DNA of 64,000 bases from Eledone cirrhosa. Lineage: Eukaryota. The notes below the pieces were generated by a model. The model was not told the DNA's origin. It saw nothing but the letters and a program-made list of their open reading frames with translations, and did no database searches. Location: the NCBI GenBank assembly GCA_964016885.1, contig OZ024750.1:1178001-1242000 (forward strand). The letters run 5' to 3'. Shown here in pieces: positions 12,635 to 26,565 of the stretch (its first letter is position 1; the number at the start of each line of letters is the position of its first letter). The position numbers were made by a program, and so were the translations under genes.

Positions 12635-13582
12635 TTTTTGTAATACTAAAAAATAGAAGCCACCATAAACTCCACAAAGAGAAAACAAGTTCCAGCCATA
12701 AACATCAAACACGTTTCTCAAAGATTACCTAACAGTGGCTACTTCATCCAACATGTCCCTGTTTTAAAAAAATCGATACGATATAATTTGAGAGATTTGG
12801 CTGCTATTTCTATAATGACGGATGACCGCATTGAAACCCATTCTATGATTAATTAATATGATAGTAGTAGTAGTGTTAGTGATGGTGGTAGTAGCAGTAG
12901 TAGTAGTATTAGTAGTAGTGTTGGTAGTAGTAGAAGCAGCGAGGGAGAGAGCAGTGCCTGGACTATTTGGTAGAGATCCTTAAGGGAAAGATGAGGGGAA
13001 ACCCCTAATTTAGAGGTGAACACATATCATAATACCAGACATTGCTAAATATAACCCACGATACTTCACAGGCGCCATAACCATATCATTCTCACATACA
13101 CACACAGAGACACGGAGATACATACACTCACACACACATACACACACAGACAGAGACACATACACTCACACACATACACATACAGAGACACATACATACA
13201 TACACAGACACAGAGACACGGAGATACATACACTCACACACACATACACACACAGACAGAGACACATACACTCACACACATACACATACAGAGACACATA
13301 CATACACAGACACAGAGACACTAACACTCACACACACATAAACACACACACGCTCACTTTATATTGAAGTTCATTGATCTTTCTCGTAATATGTCAACAG
13401 GCTAGCCAGCAAATATTTCATGCAGATGTTTGTAATGGTAACATTATTGTCATAGAATATCTCTGATTGATTGCTGGATCAATACTTATGCTATTTTACA
13501 GTATTAGTTTGTCAACTGAGGCAAGAAATTCCAGTCAACAACTACGTCACACAGTAAAGGTTATGACGTCAAGAGCACTGCT

Positions 13583-14498
13583 GATGAGACGCTATTAAAG
13601 CGACACGTTAAAAAGAGCTCAACAACGTTGCTACCACTGTTACATACGAGTAATGGGTGCAATGATGAGATGCCATTAAAGACGCCATTAAAGCGACACG
13701 TTAAAAAGAGCTCAGCAACGTTGCTACCACTGTTACATACGAGTAATGGGTGCAATGATGAGATGCCATTAAAGACGCCATTAAAGCGACACGTTAATCA
13801 GAGCTCAGCAACGTTGCTACCACTGTTACATACGAGTAATGGGTGCAATGATGAGATGCCATTAAAGACGCCATTAAAGCGACACGTTAATCAGAGCTCA
13901 ACAACGTTGCTACCACTGTTACATACGAGTAATGGGTGCAATGATGAGATGCCATTAAAGACGCCATTAAAGCGACACGTTAATCAGAGCTCAACAACGT
14001 TGCTACCACTGTTACATACGAGTAATGGGTGCAATGATGAGATGCCATTAAAGATGCCATTAAAGCGACACGTTAATCAGAGCTCAACAACGTTGCTACC
14101 ACTGTTACATACGAGTAATGGGTGCAATGATGAGATGCCATTAAAGATGCCATTAAAGCGACACGTTAATCAGAGCTCAGCAACGTTGCTACCACTGTTA
14201 CATACGAGTAATGGGTGCAATGATGAGATGCCATTAAAGACGCCATTAAAGCGACACGTTAATCAGAGCTCAACAACGTTGCTACCACTGTTACATACGA
14301 GTAATGGGTGCAATGATGAGATGCCATTAAAGACGCCATTAAAGCGACACGTTAATCAGAGCTCAACAACGTTGCTACCACTGTTACATACGAGTAATGG
14401 GTGCAATGATGAGATGCCATTAAAGATGCCATTAAAGCGACACGTTAATCAGAGCTCAGCAACGTTGCTACCACTGTTACATACGAGTAATGGGTGCA
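13583..14498. repeat. 93-bp minisatellite, ~10 copies (open in one frame as a 31-aa repeat)
   Basis: Period of 93 bp (13661 to 13754). The first unit lacks the internal 12-bp GCCATTAAAGAY duplication. Confidence 0.97.
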
Positions 14499-14797
14499 AG
14501 CATCTCCTTTCTCAAAGAATCACACGTAGATGAATGTGGCGCTATGTATGTGTGTACCTGTGTACTGCAAATGTGTGTTTATATACGCGTTTTTGTGTGT
14601 ATGTATATATGTATGTGTGTGAGTATGTATGTATGTGTGAGTATCTATGTATGCTTTCACCTTTGTGTGTGTGGGGTGTGTGTGTGTGTGTGTGTGTGTG
14701 AGAAAATAAAAACACTGTCACGTACAGAGGTTGATTCATCAACTTTCTCTCTCTGTCCCAAATTGCTGGCCTTGTGCCTAAATTGAACTCGTTATTA

Positions 14798-14989
14798 GGG
14801 GCGGTGGAATGGCAGAATCGGTAGGTTAGACGCCATGCTTTGCAGCATAGAGTTACGGCACTTTACGGTCTGATTTCAAATCCCGCTAAGGTTAACTTTG
14901 CCTTTCATCCTTACGAGGTCGATGAAATAAAGTACCAGTAATACACTGGAATAATTGCTGGCCTTGTGCCAAAAGTAGAAACAATTATT
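14798..14989 (+). mobile_element. SINE family 1, full length, following an older SINE 3' fragment
   Basis: GGGCGGTGGAATGGCAG head through AAAGTAGAAACAATTATT tail. Confidence 0.9.
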
Positions 14990-15508
14990 TGGGTAATTTC
15001 TACCACAATCTGCAACACTTTAGCAGTTAGATTATAATAAAGTTTACGTAACATACATTATACAACATGAGTTTCGTAGCAGAATTCCTAGCTTTGCTGT
15101 AAAACTATAATCAATTGATGCTATCCATAGTAGGTTGAGAAATTTTTTGCACATCAATTTTCAAATCTACAGTAAAACTTTAATATTGATTTAGACTAAT
15201 GCTAGAAATATATTCCAATATATAATTAATTTATATCCTCTATGGTGTATTATCTAATTTTTCAACAGCATTTATAGTTTTATTATAAATGGACATGTAT
15301 ATTTCACACACACACACAGACACACAACACACACAGAGGCAAACATATACACATCCACAACACACATTTTAATTATATATAAATATTTAAAAAAATATAT
15401 ATAAATATGTAATAATCTTTTTTCTGTTTTATTGATATCAGTATTTGGACGGCGACGATGTTAGATCACCTCATTCTCGCATTTTAGTTGATACAATCAA
15501 TCCTAGTA

Positions 15509-15600
15509 CAGTGGGACCTCTGTTCACGAACTTAATTCGTTCCTGAAGGCCGTTCGTCACCCGAAACCATTTTTTCCACACGAGATATTGAGAGAGAGAT

Positions 15601-15694
<94 letters not shown>

Positions 15695-15923
15695 TGTGTA
15701 AAAGACAGATAGGTATCACCATAGTAACTAACTACACAAGTGATTCTTTCGCGCAGGTACTACAAGCTTCTTGCCAACCGTTGTTACCGGTTTGCGTGTT
15801 CGTTACTCGAGACACCGTTCATGAATCGAGACGTTTTAAGTTCAGAAATAGTGTTCGTGAACCGATTTATTTGTGATGAGAGACGTTGGTGAGCCGATTT
15901 GTTCGTGAACCGAGATTCTACTG
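15509..15923. mobile_element. pogo/Tigger-like MITE with internal (GA)n
   Basis: TA|CAGTGGGACCTCTGTTCACGAAC ... GTTCGTGAACCGAGATTCTACTG|TA: imperfect 23-bp TIRs and TA duplication. Partial related copy near 32020-32102. Confidence 0.85.
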
Positions 15924-16202
15924 TATTTTCTCGATCTCTTTGTCGTTACAAGATATAAAAAAGATACAACAGTGACATAAAATATAGTCTACATGTGTTT
16001 ATGTGTATATACATATAAACATACACACAGAGATGCAGACACACACACAAATACATATATATATACATACGGAAACATTCATTTACCTTCATATAAATAT
16101 CAGTACACAATCTTTCCATTTCCTATCAATATATCTTTGACACGGAGATATGTGTGTATGCTAAACATATTTTTTTATGATATGTGGCGTTCATGATATC
16201 TC

Positions 16203-16306
<104 letters not shown>

Positions 16307-16437
16307 TACACGCATATATATATATACACACACACACACACACGCATATATATATATACACACACACACATATATATATATATACAAACACACATATACA
16401 CACACACACATATACACACATACATATACACACTCAC

Positions 16438-16468
<31 letters not shown>

Positions 16469-16658
16469 TACATACACACACATATATATATATACACACA
16501 CACACACCTATATACACACACATACACACACACACATATACACACACATATATATATATACACACATACATATACACACACATATATATATACACACACA
16601 TATATATATACACACACATATATATATATATATATACACACACATATATATACACACA

Positions 16659-16733
<75 letters not shown>

Positions 16734-16935
16734 TAGAATAGGAGTATAGGATGTATCTGTGAAAATATTCATCCTTCTGTTGCGTTCTTTGCTTATTTTA
16801 ATGGAAAGAACAATTGTGTTTGTTTTTGTATTTAGAAACTTACAGAATAAACTATAAAAGCCAAACCATACAATCGGAATCCGGGTCATGTGTTGCTATT
16901 GCATCTTTTAATTTATTTCCTTCGTCTTTAGAGGA

Positions 16936-16986
<51 letters not shown>

Positions 16987-17571
16987 AGGATTATTTCTGG
17001 GGAGTTTCTTACCTTATTTAATGGCATATATGATCAACATTTTCTCTCCCTAAAGATGGCAAGAAATTATCACCAACGTTTTATATGCCAAGTTGAGATA
17101 TTTGGTTGGCTTATGTTTTATTCTTAATATTCCCTGCTGAAAAAGGGGTTTCGTGTATGTTTGGTGTCTTAGATTCCATCAAATATGGTAAGTAACCGTT
17201 AGCTTCCCCTCCATATACCCTCCCGCTCTAAAGAACTCAATCATTTATTAATAAGAAATGACAACCCAGCTGTATCACTATCACCTCCTCTCCGTTTCTC
17301 TTATTAAAGAACTGTATAGCTTATATAACTTTAAATACTACCATTACACCTCCAACAGCTGCTTCTCACACGTTCACCAACTGTTGCTGTCGTATTTGAC
17401 TTTTTTCATGGTTGACACTATTACATATTTTATCTGATACTTTCATGCCTCCTTTTCTTTTTATTTCATAGTATCGATTTCTACAATGGCGGCACAAGAC
17501 CAGACGTTCTACATCATGGAATGTATATAATCGATTAAATCTACGCCAGTACATAACTGGTATTATTTTAT

Positions 17572-17714
17572 AGCATAGCTACGTCCCTTTATGTTCTGAG
17601 TTCAAATCCCGCCACAGTCAACTTTGCTTTCATCCTTATGGGGTCGATAAAATAAAGTGCCAGTAATACACTGGGGTAATTGCTGGCCTTGTGCCAAAAG
17701 TAGAAACAATTATT
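17572..17714 (+). mobile_element. SINE family 1, 5'-truncated
   Basis: B-box, body and tail match the family. Confidence 0.9.
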
Positions 17715-18280
17715 TTATAGACCCCTCCTCCAATAAGAATGACAGATTAAGTTAATCGAATTCAGATTTCTTTAATCGCTTAGTCATGCATCGAAGACTA
17801 GCGGAAGGGAGTAAGGAAAATATCCCTAAACTATAAACCAGGCTCAAATCCTTCCGACAGAGTGGACTACCCAAGAAGCACACATGTGCCACGTTATATC
17901 TGAAAGCAACCGATGGATTAAGCGTACTATACAAGAAGGCCACGGTGGGATTTAAACTTCTCGTCCGACGCCATAAAAATTACACTTGTACTTTATTTAT
18001 AAACTTAAAATATAGATTTGTACTTTATATATAAATGTAAAATATACTTTATTTATAAACACCAGAAGGGTTAAAGGCAAAGTTAAACACACCGGGGAGT
18101 TTTAAATGAGGAACACCTCAATTTTATCAGGTATTTTCTCGAGAAACATTTAAATCACGTGTCTTCGCCTAACATTTGTAGCCCTTCCTAGTGTCAGATC
18201 AATTTAAATTTTAATATATTCAGATCATTTTGAAATCCCTCTATATATCAACATATCATAACTCTTTCTTATATTTCTAG

Positions 18281-18560
18281 TTATTCATAATCTGTTCGAG
18301 ATATTATCCTTCTTTTATACTGTTTTTCCAGAATGGATGCATTAAAATCTCCTGAAATAAGAGTTTTGCATTGTAGAATAAATTTGCCTAGCAAATCTTT
18401 AATTTTTGTTATTGTCTCTTTGCTTCTTTGGTGGGGATGTGGTTTATAAATATTTATTAAATATAAGTAGCTTTCTAATGTACATATACACAATATCCAT
18501 GGAACTACACACCTTTGGTATGTAAAATAATCGTGAATTTAGACGGGTTTCATAAAACAG
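18281..18560 (-). pseudogene. LINE apurinic-endonuclease (APE) domain remnant
   Basis: Translation contains LINIYKP ... LISGDFNA, the spaced motif pair typical of non-LTR APE domains. Stops lie on both sides. Confidence 0.75.
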
Positions 18561-18715
18561 CTATGACTATTTTATTTACTTATATATTAAATTTGTGTTT
18601 TACACATAACTTAACAAAAGGCTCTTATAGGAATTTATCACGACATTGTAGTTTCAAAATTACTCAAACTTCAAGTAAAACTCTGAAAATGAGTTGAAAG
18701 CCATTATTATATTAT

Positions 18716-19098
18716 GTTACGTCCCTTTACGATCTGAGTTCAAATCCCGCCGAAGTTGACTTTGCCTTTCATCCTTACGGGGTCGATAAAATAAAGTACC
18801 AGTAATGCACTGGGTAATTGGTGGCCTTGTGCCTAAAGTAGAAACAATTATTATATTATGTTATATCATATTATATCATATTGTATTGTATTATATATAT
18901 ATATATAATACAGTGGATTGGCAGTATCGGTAGAGGGTCGGGCTCTATGCTTTGAAGCATAGTTACCTCCCTTTATGATCTGAGTTCAAATCCCGCCGAG
19001 GTTAACTTTGCCTTTCATCCTTACGGGGTCGATAAAATAAAGTACCAGTAATGCACTGAGATAATTGCTGGCCTGGTGCCAAAAGTAGAAACAATTAT
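18716..19098 (+). mobile_element. Two tandem SINE family 1 copies (18716-18853 truncated; 18913-19098 near full)
   Basis: Both carry GAGTTCAAATCCCGCCGA and the family tail. Confidence 0.92.
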
Positions 19099-19612
19099 AT
19101 ATATGATGGGGTTTATATATATAGCTTACTGAAAGCCCATCACAATGTCTATGGCATAAATCTTCTATATCCTTCAGTCTAGCCTATTCAGTTTCCCTGC
19201 TTGTTTATATTTTGCAAAGTGATTCGTCTCCATCGTTATTGTATATAACACTTGAATTGGAATAAACAGTCAACTGTGTTTGACTCATGAGGATTACTGT
19301 GTGGCTTCATTTGACACATATTTTAAAAGAATTTACTCCAATCACTACTGAAGTCTGATATTGTTTACACATTCGGAAGTAAAAACATCCGGTTCAAGAA
19401 CTAAGACACTAGTATGCCCATTGCAATTTTTCTGTTTTGCTGCATTCGAAAATAATTCAAATTGAGAGTCACCATTAATGAATCGCAGGCCTCTATAATT
19501 TCATATAATTAAAAAGAATTATAGATGATTAATGAAAACTATTCAAAATATTCGGTGAACACAAAAATCCACGTCGTAAAATTGTTGGAGGAGTCTCTAC
19601 ATCATTTACATG

Positions 19613-19643
<31 letters not shown>

Positions 19644-19737
19644 TGTATGTATGTATGTATGTATGTATGTATGTATGGATGGATGGATGGATGGCTGGAA
19701 AGAAGGATGGATAGACGGAAGGACAAATGTGTGTGTG

Positions 19738-19885
19738 ACTGTGTGACATGGACAACATACTTCAGGCTTATCCAGCGCTTCGAACGTTTCTACCAACAAT
19801 GCTTGCACTCTTCAAGATTTCATGGGTCTTATATACCAGATACTGATGTGCTGCAGCGGACCAGTCTGCCAGTATCAAGATCATG
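19738..19885 (+). pseudogene. RTE-clade LINE reverse transcriptase C-terminal remnant
   Basis: TWTTYFRLIQRFERFYQQCLH...IPDTDVLQRTSLP resembles the recalled RTE pattern ETWTxY...LERFHQRCLR...IPNxEVL. Confidence 0.75.
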
Positions 19886-20570
19886 ATAATATGTATGATG
19901 ATTATGTTTCTCAATAAAAAAGCTCAATGGACCTTGGTCCAGAGCATCAATAATGGCTTTTCCACCTTAAAATATGTACCTTCTCCGAAATATTATGTGC
20001 TTTCTCAAACGATATAGGGCTCTTTCTCTCACACTATACACATATATATCTTTTGTGAAAAAGTAAAATACTAGAACTCTTCAAAAATATTTCTGAAGCA
20101 ACATTCAATAGGTTTACGTTCGTAAGAGTTTAATTAAATAGATTTTTTAAAATATAAAACCGAATATCAACTGGTTGTTTTGACAACAAATATCCAGAAG
20201 ACATTCACTGGGAATGTTAAGAAAATATCTAAATAGGTTTTACTGATTATCTCTATGTAAAGTAACGAAGTATATATTCTCTAGAACTTGCTTCAAGCTG
20301 TATTATCACGTCTTAAATTGAAAGTCAACATGTACACAACATTTATATATATATATATATGTATATATATGTATAAGTATATATATATATATAAGTATGT
20401 GTGTGGGTGTGGGATGGGTGTGGGGTGTGTGTGGGGTGGATGTGTGGGATTGGGTGTAGGTGTGTATTGAATAGCTGTCATACCCCACCCCCCGTTCGTT
20501 CACTTTGCCTCCCCGAGCAGAACCCCGGATGTATGCGAATAGACCGTAAGTTCTGAGAGTTCCCCCATAC

Positions 20571-20659
20571 TCATCGAGCGTGTAGCTGGGGATTAAAAAA
20601 AATTTCGTTATACTGAAAAATCTGTTATAATGGTATTCGTTATAACGGAATTTTACCTG
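20571..20659 (+). mobile_element. Right end of the TTCGTTATA-repeat MITE family
   Basis: Matches the right part of 28926-29099. Confidence 0.8.
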
Positions 20660-22051
20660 TATTTTAATTTAGATTAAGTTTGTATTTTATAATTTTTGCT
20701 TAACTATTTATTTTATAAGCAACCTTTTTTCTGTATCTTTCTCTTTTTCTGTATCTTTCACAGATTTTTGAGTTCTAACTTGATGTTGCTTTTGTTAATC
20801 TTCTTCTTTTGAAAGTAGTTTTCACACACGTTGCAAGCTCTATATTCAGGTTCTGCGTCGCTAAAGATTCCAGGAAATATTGAGAACTTTCTCTTCTTTT
20901 ACCTGGATTGCTAATGTTTCCGGTATTGATGCGAGAGCCATGAGTATCAATGACTGCTTCTTCAGTCTAACCAACTTGTTTTAGTTCTCTTGTTTATTGT
21001 TTCTGAATAGATTGTTGAGACGTTAAAGAATGCTTCCTTCCGGTGCCTTTGGGTCGGTGTTCATGTTTATCTCCTATTTGAGAACTTGTTGCGTGTTGAT
21101 TTTGATTAAAAAGAAATCTGCAGATTTAGATAATATATTTGGAAGTAAAATATTCCATTCATTAGTGGGATTAATACTGGAACTGTATTATATATCTACA
21201 TCAACATTTCAAGCGAGCGTTCATTGTATAGTTATGTTATCGTTCCTTATACTCATGTTTGTCCATTCTCTCCATAGATTGTTTGCATTTAAGTTTCGCA
21301 CATAGTTTCGGTCTAATTCATTTCAATAACAAAGACCTGGTCAAGCAAGGCTATAGTAAAAGACACCCAAGATATCACGTAGTAGGACCAAGCTAGACTC
21401 TCACGGTTGCGAAGCGATATTTATAACCATTCGGATACGCATGCGCCCTTCTATGAAAAGGCACGAATAAAAATATATCTATAAAACATCAACCTGAAGA
21501 AGGGCGAAATTTACTCCATACAAAATATAGATTAAATTGAAGGTTATAGCTAAAATTGATGAAATCTTCCTTGTTAACATATGCATCTGTGCCCATTCAG
21601 GTTTACGTCTATCAATTGAAAAACCAATTGTTCATTAACCTCCGGCGTATTTCATTTACCAATATTATCTGAGAAATAATGAATGTACGCTCGATATTCT
21701 AAGTACATTTTCTTTTCATCAAACTTCTAATCACACTTTTTCATCACACGTTTTTCATCATAAACCACAGTAACAGTAACACCAGCAACAACAGAAAAAA
21801 AAAAAAAAAAATCAGAACGAGGCAGTGAAAGAATATGTATAAGGTCACTTGATCTGCTAGAAATAACTGTTCAAAAACCATTAAACCATACAAGAACCTA
21901 CTTAAAACCCCCCAAAAGGATATATTACGTTGTGTAGAGTTTGAAAAAAACTCCCCAAAACCGCGAATGGCATTGCTCACAGGCTTATGCAAGCAGGGCT
22001 AATCTGGGGCTAAACGACAACAGTAACGGTAAAACAAAATTAAATAGCAGT

Positions 22052-22473
22052 AATAATTGTTTCTAACATAGGTACAAGACCAGCAATTTGGGGTGAGAGC
22101 AAAGTCGATTAAATCCCTAACAGTTATTTATTGTTCCTTCATTTTATCTATGCTCGACAGATGAGAGGCAAAGTTGACTATGGCGGGTTTGACAGGGCCA
22201 AACCTAAAGACTACGAAGTATTTCTTCCGTCATAACAGTTTTGCCAACCCATCACCTTCGAAGGAGCAGAAATAATCCTCTCTAATATTCGCACAAAGTC
22301 AAGAATTTGGGGGAAGGGGAAAGTTTATATCGACGGGACTTGAGTTCAGAATGTAAAGGGTCGTAAGAATGAAAGACAAAGCTAATCTCAGCGAGATTTG
22401 AACATAAACGGTAGTAACTGCATACCGCAAGACATGTTGTCCGACGCTCTACCCATTTTGCCAATCCACCGCT
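22052..22473 (-). mobile_element. Two old SINE family 1-related copies
   Basis: Degenerate GGCAAAGTTGAC, GATTTGAAC and TGCCAATCCACCGC motifs. Confidence 0.65.
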
Positions 22474-22947
22474 TTTGAAGTAGATCTAATAGTGACAACA
22501 ATAGCGACGATGTTAATTGAATATGGAGTGGGGCATCCTTCTAGAAGGTCCACTTAAGTCCTGTTTACGGTTTGAATTTTACTAACGCCAGTGATAATAA
22601 TCTATAACAGCAACAGCAAGAGCAGAAGCAGCAGCAAGAGAGCAGCAGCAAGAGAGCAGCAGCAGCATCAAGAGAGCTGCCGCCGCCGCCGCCGCAGCAG
22701 CAGCAGCAGCAACAGGAACAGCAGCAGCAGCACCAATTAACATCTAAGTTGACCCGGACGGAATTGAAATTAAAAAACAAGAAACATCGTGACAACGAAA
22801 GGTAATTATAATAATAGTGTTGATGATGATGATCAACATTAACGTAAACAAAATCATCCCCGTTTTCTTTTTTGTATCACTTGACTTGGAAGAGGAAGTG
22901 GGGTCATTTGAGGTAGTAGTAGTAGTAGTAGCAGTAGCAGCAGCATC

Positions 22948-22979
<32 letters not shown>

Positions 22980-23235
22980 CATCAGCAGCAGCAGTAGTAG
23001 TAGCAGCATCAGCAGTAGTAGTAGTTCAAAGTGTTGGTAGTTGGATGAGGTGGTTATGTGTAGTTGAGCTGAACGAAGTCTCCAATGGCTCATCGTATTT
23101 TTCTGTCTTTCTACACTTGACTCACTAAAGTTTGCAATCTGGTCTCAATTGCAGAATCTGTCAGTTTGTTCCATATAACAACAGACGGTACACAAAGTAC
23201 CTCTGTAATATAAAGGTTTTAGGAGGAGAAATTGT

Positions 23236-23237
<2 letters not shown>

Positions 23238-23329
<92 letters not shown>

Positions 23330-23443
23330 GTATGTGCCTGCGTGTGTGTATGTGCCTGTGTGTGTTTTGTGTATGTGTGTGGCCGGGGAGTGTGTGTGTG
23401 TGTGCCTGTGTATGTGTGTTTTGTATGTATGTGGCTGGGGAGT

Positions 23444-23507
<64 letters not shown>

Positions 23508-23621
23508 GTATGTGCCTGCGTGTGTGTATGTGCCTGTGTGTGTTTTGTGTATGTGTGTGGCCGGGGAGTGTGTGTGTGTGTGCCTGTGTATGTGTGTTTT
23601 GTATGTATGTGGCTGGGGAGT

Positions 23622-23665
<44 letters not shown>

Positions 23666-23720
23666 CTGTATATGTGTGTTTTGTATGTATGTGGCTGGGG
23701 AGTGTGTGTGTGCGTGTGTG
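23238..23720. repeat. Compound (TG)n repeat with higher-order internal duplication
   Basis: Recurring GGCCGGGGAG / GGCTGGGGAG interruptions in the same order. Confidence 0.9.
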
Positions 23721-24378
23721 AATGTATTGGCTTTATGCATCAACGTCTATAATTGGAACATCGAATATTACATAGCAAACTGCGTAAGTATATTACTGGA
23801 AGAAACCGACTGTCTTTTGACTTGGAGAGAAACGGGCTCTACTAGGTTTAAAGCACTCAAGACATGCCATGTATCATGACAGTGTCCCTACGACTCCACT
23901 AAGTGTTAAGAGCACTTTATGAGTTGGAGGAGTTTATCTAAGACAGATAAATAGACAGACGGACGTATTTCATGATGTATGAAACTTCATCTTTATAGAG
24001 AGCGGGTCTTCATGCTAAATCTTTCTCCAAATCTTTGTGCAGTATATATATAATAAAGATTTGTTGTGTACATTACTATGGTTACAGCAGAAGCTCATGT
24101 TACTTTTGCCGCTTACAATGATTGTAACTGACGGCTTCACTGACCTCTTTTCTCCGACGAAACCATTGCTTGCGGGGATCTTATCTATAACTCTTATATT
24201 TAATATTGTTACAAATATTTTGGCATAAATACTGTTTTGCTGTTCGTTTCTCTTTCAAAAGCAATATTTTTATTTTATGAGCGAGAAAACATTTACCAAG
24301 GGAAAGGAAGGTGGAACTATTGAAAGATTGAAACAATAAAACGTTTATGAGTAGCATAATTGTACCATTTCTCTTGGT

Positions 24379-24415
<37 letters not shown>

Positions 24416-24584
24416 TTATGGGTGTATGTGTATGTAAGTATATATTTGTATCGACAAATAAGTTTGTTTTGAAACAGCAAGTTTGAAAATAGAAATAGAA
24501 GCTATCGTACATCTACGTCAATACTCATCTTTTTCCATTTCTTAGAGGGTTCTAAACCCCATCAGGTAAAGTTTCGTTAGTCAA

Positions 24585-25601
24585 ATATATTTATATAATT
24601 ATTATTATATATATATATATTTATATAATTACATAAATATATATATAATTATATATATATATATATATTTATATAATTACACACACACACACATATATAT
24701 ATATATATCTATAATTACACACACACACACACACATATATATATAATTATATATATATATATATAATTATATATATTTATATACATATATATTTATATAA
24801 TTATATATATATATATTTATATAATTATATATATATAATATATATAATTATATATATTTATATATAATTATATATATATATATTTATATAATTATATATA
24901 TATATATTTATATAATTATATATATATATATTTATATAATTATATATATATATATAATTATATATATATATTTATATACATATATATTTATATAATTATA
25001 TATATATATATATATATAATTATATATATATATTTATATACATATATATTTATATAATTATATATATATATATATTTATATAATTATATATATATATAAT
25101 ATATATAATTATATATATTTATATATATATATTTATATATTTATATAATTATATATATATATTTATATAATTATATATTTATATAATTATATATATATAA
25201 TTATATATATATATATAAATATATATATATATATTTATATAATTATATATATAATTATATATATATAATTATATAATTATATATTTATATAATTATATAT
25301 ATATATAATTATATATATATATATAATTATATATATATAATTGTATACTTATATATTTATATAATTATATATTTATAATTATATATATATATATAAATAT
25401 ATATATATATATTTATATAATTATATATTTATAATTATATATATATATATAAATATATATATATATATTTATATAATTATATATATATATAATTATATAT
25501 ATATATATAATTATATATATATAATTGTATAATTATATATTTATATAATTATATATTTATAATTATATATATATATATAAATATATATATATATATTTAT
25601 A

Positions 25602-25645
<44 letters not shown>

Positions 25646-25682
25646 ATTATATATATATATATAATTATAATTATATATATAT
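24585..25682. repeat. ~1.1-kb almost pure A/T satellite (ATAATT/ATTTAT-punctuated TA)
   Basis: Directly visible. A related tract follows at 26867-27790. Confidence 0.95.
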
Positions 25683-26054
25683 TGGCATAAATTCAGGCTG
25701 TTCAGTTTGTTTACAAACGAACAAAGCGACGTTAGCGCCGCTAAACTGATACGTGCATATATGTATGTGTACCTGTATGCATATGTATTTATATATGTAT
25801 ATATATATATATATGTGCATGCTACTGTACGTCTGTATACATATATGTATGTACGTATACATGCATACTTACATTTAAGTAAGTGCCATACTAAGAGTGA
25901 GAAATGAAATTTCGTTTTCATTTTGTTTCAATTTATCGTTTTCGGTATGCCTGACCGATTTAACTCACTCAATATGCAAATTAGGCTGCTCAGCCGTTAA
26001 TTTTCATAAGGAAAGTATATACTTTCGAACGTTCAACTATCTGGCAGATGGGTA

Positions 26055-26099
26055 AACGGTGCTGATGATAGCTAACAAGCTTGAAACTAGTACATCGTT
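26055..26099 (+). ncRNA. Minimal type I hammerhead ribozyme, copy 1
   Basis: AACGGTG-CTGATGA-T-AGCT-aaca-AGCT-T-GAAA-C-ta-G-TA-CATCGTT: intact core, 7-bp stem I with one G-U, palindromic ACTAGT stem III, GUA triplet. Confidence 0.8.
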
Positions 26100-26520
26100 C
26101 CTGTGTCAGTGTTGAACAAAAAGGTGACGTGGTTGCCTTAACACCGTATGGCATAAATTCAGGCTGTTCAGTTTGTTTACAAACGAACAAAGCGACGTTA
26201 GCGCCGCTAAACTGATACGTGCATATATGTATGTGTACCTGTATGCATATGTATGTATATATGTATATATATATATATATGTGCATGCTACTGTACGTCT
26301 GTATACATATATGTATGTACGTATACATGCATACTTACATTTAAGTAAGTGCCATACTAAGAGTGAGAAATGAAATTTCGTTTTCATTTTGTTTCAATTT
26401 ATCGTTTTCGGTATGCCTGACCGATTTAACTCACTCAATATGCAAATTAGGCTGCTCAGCCGTTAATTTTCATAAGGAAAGTATATACTTTCGAACGTTC
26501 AACTATCTGGCAGATGGGTA

Positions 26521-26565
26521 AACGGTGCTGATGATAGCTAACAAGCTTGAAACTAGTACATCGTT
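26521..26565 (+). ncRNA. Minimal type I hammerhead ribozyme, copy 2
   Basis: Identical to copy 1, 466 bp downstream. Confidence 0.8.

Noticed and set aside
13628-14533. 301-aa ORF as a gene
   Set aside because: It is only a 93-bp unit that is stop-free in one frame. The start is non-ATG and unit variants are non-synonymous.
21495-21512. CTGAAGA-AGGGC-GAAA
   Set aside because: No stem II partner, stem III or stem I. Similar bare matches at 42362, 45476, 46067 and 53211 also fail to fold.
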